NCBI RefSeq assembly: GCF_009914755.1
Contig: NC_060937.1
DNA: 64,000 nucleotides
Reading direction: 5' to 3' (one strand)
Origin: the human T2T-CHM13v2.0 reference genome, Homo sapiens
The number at the start of each line of letters is the position of its first letter. The first letter of the stretch is position 1. The position numbers were made by a program, and so were the translations under genes. Positions 55,623 to 64,000 of this stretch are shown one piece after another. The notes under the pieces were generated by a model. It was given only the letters and a program-made list of their open reading frames with translations. It was not told the origin of the DNA and did not search any database.

Positions 55623-57089
55623 TAACTGTAGTACAATTAACGGTGGTGGAATTCTAGGAATCTGTTAGGGTGTTTCCCTGGCTCATTTTCCCATAAACTA
55701 CATAGGATATGACAAGACCAATACTAAATAAAGTCAATGTAGAAGAATATGGATTGAATATCCAAACTCATAAACAGTCTCATCATTTTGATTGAATTAA
55801 TTCATCTATATTACATGAGATATCAATGTAATCAAATGTGAAATTTGCTTTAAAATGTATTGTTACATTATGTTAAACATAATGCTGTGTGAAAACACAT
55901 AATTGAAAAATGAGAAGATTTTAATAATGGCATCAAGCATGTGATTATTTTCTGTAGTTATTAATTTTAAAACTGGCTGCAACATTGTGTTGAAGATACA
56001 GTAACAGATGGGGATTTCCCTACAGAGAAATTTTAGCTTCACTATGCAACAAGATTTATTGGCCTCATCAAGAAAATGTATGGTAGGTCAGAAAATACAG
56101 TCCTTTGGGGCTTCTTAGTCATTAAAAAAACAGATGAAGTTTTCTGATGGTTAAAATTCCAAATAATTTTTCTTTCTAAATTTTCTCGGAAAGAGTGAAG
56201 TCTGAGGCTTGGAGGGTAGAAAACAAGAAAATTCCTTAGAACATTAAGGAAGTATCTATGGCATTTCTATGGTTTTTTAAAAAATGAAATAGAATTAAGT
56301 ATCACCAGGAGTGGTGTCTAGTTACTTCATTTTTTCTCTTAAAGAGTATAAGACCACTATTAAAAACTCTAAGTAGAAAATATTGCTCTTACAGGCTTTA
56401 TTTCTATGAGTGTACTTATAACAAATCATATCACAAATGCTCTAGGATATGAATCTAGTTTGCATTCCAGTTTCATTTATCATAAAAAAAATCAAAACTG
56501 CCCATTTCAGTTAAAACCTTACTTTTGAAATAGCATGAAGAATACAATTTTATTTTTTTATTTTAAAATTTACATGGAGAAAATGCCAAATGCACATAAT
56601 AAGTTGGTTTGATACTAAAGGTCAAATTTGCAATGCATATAATGACAGAATGAGCTTAATTAAAATATCATAAAAAATCTCATTTATTGATGATTTTAGT
56701 TCACGTTAGTGGCTTTGACCTTAGGCTAGCCTCAGGCGTCTTTCAAGCTGCTTGCCTTAACAGATTGTGAATACCCAAACCAGTTCAGCATTGCATATGA
56801 TTTATTTCAGAAATGTGGTGTTGAAAGACAGAAGTCACCAAACTGCCTAAATGTTGATCATATTTTCCTCCCCTCTAATCATATACTGATCACAGCATTG
56901 ATGTTTCATTTTAAAGTTTGTAGAGTTCAATTATCTGAAGAGAGATGAGTTCATGAATTTAGCTAAGAATATAGGGCTGTTGTTTGGTCACCTGGTTTTA
57001 TAACCTAAAAATGATTAGGAGAACAACAGAGAATTATATAGATGTTTAAAAAATCTCTCATTCTCCATTACGTACATGTAAACATACAT

Positions 57090-57620
57090 CAGCAGTCAAC
57101 AAATATTCACTTAAAAAGCCAAATAGGGCCAAGAATAGTGGCTCACTCCTGTAATCTCAGCACATTGGGAGGCCGAGGTGGGCAGATCACTCGAGGCCAG
57201 AGTTTGAGACCAGCCTGGCCAACATAGTGAAACCCCGTCTCTTCTAAAAATACAAAAAATTAGCTGGCTGTTGCGGCACATGCCTGCAAACACAGCTACT
57301 CAGGAGGCTGAGGCAAGAGAATAGCTTGAGCCTGGAAGGCAGAGGTTGCACTGAGCCAAGATTGTGCCAGCCCGAGCAACAGAGCAAGACTCTGTCTCAA
57401 AAAAAGAAAAAAGAAACAAAAAGCCAAATAGCATACAGTTTAAATCTGTAGGCTTCACTATCACTGTTACAACATCACTATTTTTTCCTCTCAAGAAAAA
57501 TAAAGCAAACAAAAATCAGCCATAGATAATAAGTACATGAATGTGCATGGCCACATTCTGTGAAATCTGTGTTTATGGAAACAGGCAACTGATTTGGGGG
57601 CCAAGTTCACTGACTTCTGA
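57090..57620 (+). mobile_element. MER58A-like relic split by an Alu
   Basis: cagcagtcaacaaa...gccaaatag | cagccatagataataag...tttatggaaacaggc...actgacttctg. Confidence 0.65.
57127..57417 (+). mobile_element. Alu (AluS-type, small internal deletions)
   Basis: Perfect 14-bp TSD aaaaagccaaatag at 57113-57126 and 57418-57431; TT/AAAA site. Confidence 0.95.
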
Positions 57621-57860
57621 TATACATTATTCATCTTTACCATTTCAATGGCCCTGGACTCTCTAGTTCTTCTGTTAAATCTGAAGGTGAATGAGGTGAA
57701 TGCTTTTATGCTTCTGTGTGTTAAAATAATGACCCAAGACTTCTACTCAATTTATGAGTATTTAATGTTATTTTTCTTTTTCTAGATTTAATTGGCCAAC
57801 GCAGACCAATTAGATTCCTTTTGTCATCATGTCATAGATTTCTTTAGCATATCTCTTTTT

Positions 57861-59290
57861 TGAGATGGGAAAACTGCTAGAAACCTTGCATGCCCTTGCA
57901 CCTTCTTGCTGTGACAGCCAAATGTGCAAGGTCCTGTGTACTTTTCACTCAGACCATTTGTCCTGTGTTTACAGCAAGCCATCTTGAGGGTTGAGGTTAT
58001 GTCTATGCCCAGGTGAAGATCAGACTAACTTCAGCCTTCTATAAATGTGATGATTCCAGAAGCTCAGTGCTTCTCTCCTACGAAAAATTCTACCATGTGC
58101 GCAGGCATCACAACAGGCATTCTGCATCCATGAAACATCAATAAGAGAGCTTCTTAGCTTTTTAAAAAGATAAAATCTCAGACCCTGCACTGTTCTGGAC
58201 AATTTTGGTGACAAGCATGTGATACCTCACAGAGACATGGCTTCTTAGAAGAGAAGAGATGGAGAGAATGGGAATAAAAAGACTCTCCAGGACGAGTGAA
58301 TGTTCACGAGTATGGGAAGGCTGGCTCTCAGAATGAGTGTTTTCCACTGTCTTATCTGTTAATGAATGTTTAAAGGCTAAAGAGGGAGAGTTAGAACTGA
58401 AACCAGCCTCCTGATCAACTGTTATTCACTCTGCTTGGTTGTTCACCACCCTTAGTTGTTACTCACCCTCCTTTGGAAAAGAGGAGGAAAGAATGTGAAC
58501 ACCACAAAGGTCTGAGGCCTCAAAGTAAAGGCAATATGGTTGTGGCTGCTGAGTCAAAGATCCCCAAAGTTAAAATCAATGGTGTCAGTAATAATGATAG
58601 AGAGCTTTGAATGAACCAAACCCAGATGTTCATTTGTTGAAAATGTATAGCCACTTGAACCTGTAAGTGAATGAGAAGTTTTACTTAATAGAGCTAAGCC
58701 TCTATCTCCCTCTACGCCATCTGATGATGCCCTCCTTGTCTCCCACTATTTTGGGTACTTTAAAGAAAACACTGAGAATCCTGGAAAATTTGGGAGGAGG
58801 GGAAGGACTCAAACTGTTATAGCTCTATTGCATATAGGCACCAAAGTCATCAGTATACCCCCTCCCATGGGGGAAAGAGATGCTGGACTCAGGAGGCTGA
58901 AAGTGCTAAGAACTATGAGGAAGAGCTTTGGTGAATGACAGGACGAATATGTTTCTTGACTCCGGAGCTGTTGCCAATGACTTAGGCCTCTGGAATTCAC
59001 TTGAAAAACTATAGTATGGCAGATTAGAAGCATCCCTTTCTGGGGCCGCAAACTCAAAATAAATTGCTGCTGCTAATTGAATCATCTGAGTCAATTCTGT
59101 AGATACTAACATCAAGGTCCTGCTCTTTAAATGAGATAAACTGGAACCAAGTTTCTGATCAATCCTATTCTGTAAAGAATGACACCCAACGAAACATATC
59201 TATCATCAGATATATCTTTGTTTGTAGACCGGGTACAATTGCGTCAGACCTGTGTAAATCAGAATTTGTGTAAATCAGACTTGTGGTTGT
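57861..59290 (+). mobile_element. Old ERV LTR (LTR40-like, about 57861-58201) plus degraded internal sequence
   Basis: tgtgcaaggtcctg, cttgagggttgaggttatgtct, ctataaa, aagctcagtg, tgtgcgcaggcatc; ends ...ggaca followed by PBS-like ttttggtgacaagc. Internal extent uncertain. Confidence 0.45.
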
Positions 59291-59372
59291 GCTCATTAAG
59301 ATAAAACATAACCCTGGTTAATCCAACTCTCTGCCCATCTCATGCCTGGGCTGACAAAGTTATTCATGACTG

Positions 59373-59376
<4 letters not shown>

Positions 59377-59412
<36 letters not shown>
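59377..59412. repeat. (AC)n microsatellite
   Basis: Read directly. Confidence 0.95.
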
Positions 59413-59421
<9 letters not shown>

Positions 59422-60779
59422 TCTCATTTCAAATTGATGTTCAATAATCTTAAGTGAACCTTTACTCCTGCCTGACACTATTTTCTTAGCCCATTAACTT
59501 TCTCATTTTTTTCATATTTTCTCCTCTTTCATCAAACTTTGAATCCTCCTCCTCTTATTTTAAATTGCAGCTGACAATCTTGCTAATAGACAGAAAAATT
59601 AATTTCACCGAGCCATCTACCTGCACCTGTGGTTATATATCTGTCCTTCCTTTCTTCTTGCCACCATGAATTGTAGCACTAAGAGCCTAGATAATATCAG
59701 CCTCTGCAAAAGTATCCTAGATTCCATCCCCTCTTGCTTTCTTACCCCAGAATTTTCCCATTTATCCTCTGTTATTTATTTCTTTCTAGACTGAATTATT
59801 CCCATTAGTGCATTAAGATGAAAATTTGTTTTGTATCTGCCTCTTCTTCTAACTACCCCCTCATTTCTGTCATTTTTACTTGAAAGGATTGTCTAAACTT
59901 GTCTTCATTAAAATTACATTTCATCCTCAACATCCTACCCAAACTGCTGTGATCAAGGTCATCAATTACCTCCACTTTACTAAATGCAATTGTAATTGCT
60001 CTGTTGTTATCCTTCTTGAACTATCTGTAAGCACTCAGATTTGCTAATTGCTTTTCCTTTGTGAATAATGCATTTCCTTGACTTCATGGAGAGCTCATCT
60101 TCTAACTATGATTTCTTTTTTTGGTGACTTTTCTGTTTCCTCTTTGTTTCTCCCAACTGTGAATGTTTACGTTGGCCCAGGGATCAACTATATGATTATT
60201 TTTCTATCTATACTCCCATTTTAGTTTATCTTATATAGTCTCCTGGCTTTATACACCATCCGTATGCTGAAGACTTCAATCCAGTGTTCTCTAAATTTCT
60301 GATATGTATGTCTAACTACCTATATGACATTTCTCTTTGGATTCATCATAGGAATCTCAAGCATAGCATGCCCAAATCTGAGCTTCTTTTATTTCTCTCC
60401 AACCCTGCTCCTCTTCCTGTAGTCTTCATCATCACAGCTAGTGATAACATTATTCTTCTAATTGCACACACCTACACCTGGTACACCTGAGTTTTACCCT
60501 TGACTTTCCTTCCTCCTTTTTGTTTTATCTTCATGCATCTGGTCCAGCAGGAAATCTCAATATTTATTTTTAAAATATATTCAAGATGAGACTACTTCTC
60601 ACCAAACCCACTGGTACTATCCTGACTAAAACCACTGCATTTTTCTATAAAGACTTTTAAAATCACCTAATTACTGTTCTTCCTGTTTCTACCCTTACTG
60701 CCTTAAATTTATTCTCAATATAACCACCAGATTGATCTTCTCAAAACATATATATTGTTATTCCTCTGCTCAAAGCACT

Positions 60780-60848
60780 CATCCCGTTTTATTCATATTG
60801 AAAATACATATGGAAAATGGCATCCCGTTTTATTCATATTGAAAATAC
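60780..60848 (+). repeat. Perfect 28-bp direct repeat with 13-bp spacer
   Basis: catcccgttttattcatattgaaaatac at 60780-60807 and 60821-60848. Confidence 0.95.
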
Positions 60849-61197
60849 TACACGATCACCATCCCCATTAGTTCTTAGAACACATTATACTTCTGCTCAC
60901 TCTATTCTAGCCACATGGATTTTCTCGATGTTCCTCAAACCTTCCAGTAATGGTGTAGCCCTATACTTGCTCTTTTTTTCTGCTTAGAATAGTGTCCCTT
61001 TGATACCCAGATGGCTACCTCTCACGTTTAATCAGTTTGTTTCTCTAAACTTCTTCTCAGTCAAGCATTTCCAGGCCATCCTAGGCAAAACTGCAACCCT
61101 CAAACATGTTTATCAGGACCAAATGTTGCTTGAGTGAAGAATTTATATCTGCTTTGTTTCTTGGCTTATCCCTAGTGCCCAGAATGATGCCAGAAAC

Positions 61198-61249
61198 ATA
61201 AATAAATATCTATTGACTAAATAAATAAATATCTATTGACTAAATAAAT
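61198..61249 (+). repeat. Perfect 23-bp tandem duplication at the L2 terminus
   Basis: ataaataaatatctattgactaa x2. Confidence 0.9.
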
Positions 61250-61358
61250 GAATTACCTAATACAAAACATAGCAGAAAATATACAGTGAACAATGCCATT
61301 TAATACAAACAATATGAATAAGTGCCCAAAAGAAATATTGATGTGTATGAAAAATCTC

Positions 61359-61786
<428 letters not shown>

Positions 61787-62394
61787 CTAATATGTTACAA
61801 AAAGTCTCATATGATCTCAATAAAAAATATAAGGAGATCTTATATTTGGAACTACAGAGAATCATTCTAAGATGAATTAGAAAAAATATAAAGGAATGGC
61901 CAGTGAATATTTTAAAAAATGTAATCAAGGTGTACAAACCCTGATTGAATTTAAAACTTGTTTTAATATTTGGCATAGTCTGGTAATGGAACATGAAGAA
62001 AAAGACAAATCAGTAGAACAAGGTAAAGTTTGAAGTGGGATCATACATATGATTATACACATGCACATATATCCACAAAAACAAATACATTTTTAGTGTA
62101 TGATAAAGATGGCATCTTAATTCTATGGAAAGTTTATTTAGTCTGTGAACTGTGTGCAGTAGGTCTGCAGCAAGATAAGTAGCATGTGACTAAGCTGACT
62201 GTTTAGTTCTGTTTATATATTTTTCTCACAGAAAGACTTTCTCAATGAAAGGTACAAGGCAATGCGCTACATTCTGGTATAAGCTTCTTAATCTGTTGCA
62301 GACCTATAAGAAAAATTATATGGTTTAATGCTTTGAATAACAAGGCCCTGGAGAACTTATTTTATTCTCCTTTGTGCCAGAATATGTTTTTATA

Positions 62395-62647
62395 TATTTT
62401 AACAGCCTTTTTAAGGAATAATTGACATAAAAACTGCATGCATTTAAAGCATACAATTTGATAAGATTTGACACACGTGTAAAGTCATCATCACAATCAA
62501 GCTTTTGAACATAATCACCCCCAAATTTTCCTCATGCCCCTTTGTTTTATTATACCCAACTCCTGCATTCCCAGCCAACTATTAATCTGCTTTCTGATTA
62601 GTTTACATTTCATAGAAATGTATATCAGTGGAATTATAGAGTATGCA
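62395..62647 (-). mobile_element. L1MB/ME 3' end fragment (HERV-H target)
   Basis: ataattgacataaaaactgcatgcatttaaagcatacaatttga...aacataatcacccccaaa. Confidence 0.7.
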
Positions 62648-63004
62648 TGTCAGGCCTCTGAGCCCAAACTAAGCCATCATATCCCTGTGACCTGCATGTA
62701 CATATCCAGATGGCCGGTTCCTGCCTTAACTGATGACATTGTCTTGTGAAACTCCTTCTCCTGGCTCATCCTGGCTCAAAAGTTCCCCTACTGAGCACCT
62801 TGTGACCCCCACTCTGCCCACCAGAGAACAACCCCCCTTTGACTGTAATTTTCCTTCACCTACCCAAATCCTATTGGCCCCACCCCTATCTCCCTTTGCT
62901 GACTCTCTTTTCGGACTCAGCCCACCTGCACCCAGGTGAAATAAACAGCTTCGTTGCTCACACAAAGCCTGTTTGGTGGTCTCTTCCCACGGACGCGCAT
63001 GAAA
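62648..63004 (+). mobile_element. HERV-H 5' LTR (LTR7), 357 bp, shortened
   Basis: tgtcaggcctctgagccc start, aataaa at about 62940, ...ggacgcgcatgaaa end. Confidence 0.97.
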
Positions 63005-63006
63005 TT

Positions 63007-63024
63007 TGGTGCTGTAACTCGGAT
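63007..63024 (+). promoter_or_regulatory. tRNA-His primer-binding site
   Basis: TGGTGCTGTAACTCGGAT versus expected TGGTGCCGTGACTCGGAT (2 mismatches), directly after the LTR. Confidence 0.9.
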
Positions 63025-63830
63025 TGGGGGACCTCCCTTGGGAGATCAATCCCCTGTCCTCCTGCTCTTTGCTCCCTGAGAAAGATCCACCTAGGACCTC
63101 AGGTCCTCAGACCAACCAGGCCAAGAAACATCTCACCAATTTCAAAACCGGTAAGCGGCCTCTTTTTACTCTCTTCTCCAGCCTCCCTCACTATCCCTCA
63201 ACCTCTTTCTCCTTTCAATCTTGGCACCACACTTCAATCTCTCCCTTCTCTTAATTTCAATTCCTTTCATTTTCTGGTAGAGACAAAGGAGACACGTTTT
63301 ATCCGTGGACCCAAAACTCCGGCGCCGGTGTTTAATCATTGCAGGGACGCCTCTCTGATTATTTACCCAGGTTTCAGAGGTGTCAGACCATGCAAGGACG
63401 CCTGCCTTGGTCCTTCACCCTTAGCAGCAAGTCCCACTTTTCTGGGGAAGGGGCAAGTACCCCAATCCCTTCTCTCCATGTCTCTACCCCTTCTCCACCT
63501 TCTAGGGGGCAAGAAACCCCCAACCCCTTCTCCTTCACCCTTAGCGGCAAGTCCCGCTTTTCTGGGGGAGGGGAAAGTACCCCAAACCCTTATATCTCTG
63601 TGCCCCGATCCCTTATTTCCGCTCCCCAACCTCTTATATCTCTGCACCCCGATCCCTTATTTCTGTGCCCCAGCCTCTTATATCTCTGCACTCCAATCCC
63701 TTATTTCTGCACCCCGACCTCGTATCTCTGTGCCCCGACCCCCTTCCCGCTTTTCTGGAGGGTAAGAACCCCCGAACCCCTTCCCTCCGTGTCTCTACTC
63801 TCTCTTTTCTCTGGGCTTGCCTCCTTCACT

Positions 63831-64000
63831 ATGGGCAACCGTACACCCTCCATTCCTCCTTCTTCTCCCTTAGCCTGTGTTCTTAAGAACTTAAAACCTC
63901 TTCAACTCTCACCTGACCTAAAATCTAAGCATCTTATTTTCTTCTGCAATGTTGCTTGACCCCAATACAAACTCAACAGTAGTTCCAAATAGCCAGAAAA
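63831..64000 (+). pseudogene. gag: HERV-H gag N-terminus with premature stops
   Basis: MGNRTPSIPPSSPLACVLKNLKPLQLSPDLKSKHLIFFCNVA* then PQYKL; stop where a Trp is expected. Confidence 0.8.

Larger units (their letters stand above)
59420..61252 (+). mobile_element. L2a-like element
   Basis: aaactgctgtgatcaaggtcatcaattacctcc, ctggctttatacaccatccgtatgctgaagact, catgcccaaatctgagct, ccctagtgcccagaatgatgcc, terminal aataaatatctattgac...tgaa. Confidence 0.85.
63005..64000 (+). mobile_element. HERV-H internal leader/pre-gag region (continues past the window)
   Basis: Splice donor ccg|gtaagc at about 63151, C-rich leader repeats, gag start. Confidence 0.95.

Noticed and set aside
60780-60848. CRISPR-like repeat-spacer-repeat
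   Set aside because: Only two repeats, a 13-bp spacer, inside a primate L2, no cas genes.
62726-63959. 308-aa and 206-aa Pro/Ser/Leu-rich ORFs
   Set aside because: By-products of the C-rich, stop-poor HERV-H leader; gag itself is stopped at 63957-63959.

Overview
AT-rich primate (probably hominoid/human-like) non-coding DNA. I find no credible cellular protein-coding gene, rRNA, tRNA or CRISPR array. Most of the window is interspersed repeat: about 11 Alus (J, S and Y types), MIR/L2, old L1M fragments, an L1PA15/16-like element, two young twin-primed L1PA3/PA4-like insertions, a full-length THE1 element, MLT1/MST/MER41B/MER21 LTRs, degraded ERVL gag/pol remnants, MER58/Tigger2/MER5A/MADE1 DNA-transposon relics, and the 5' end of a HERV-H provirus at the right edge. 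Family names come from recalled consensus sequences, not a database search. Most notable observations: (1) two L1 copies 15.1 kb apart, with different 3' subfamily-type sites, share six non-consensus bases and a near-identical 300-bp tract, suggesting interlocus gene conversion; (2) several local templated duplications (320-bp tandem, 205-bp direct copy inside a microsatellite, about 96-bp inverted copy, 28-bp perfect repeat); (3) an L1 inversion that creates a strong-Kozak ATG in frame with about 558 stop-free ORF2 codons; (4) an LTR7 lacking both its ACAAAAGA-containing repeat unit and its TATA box; (5) candidate + strand non-coding exons. I do not see evidence for a new multi-gene biological system.
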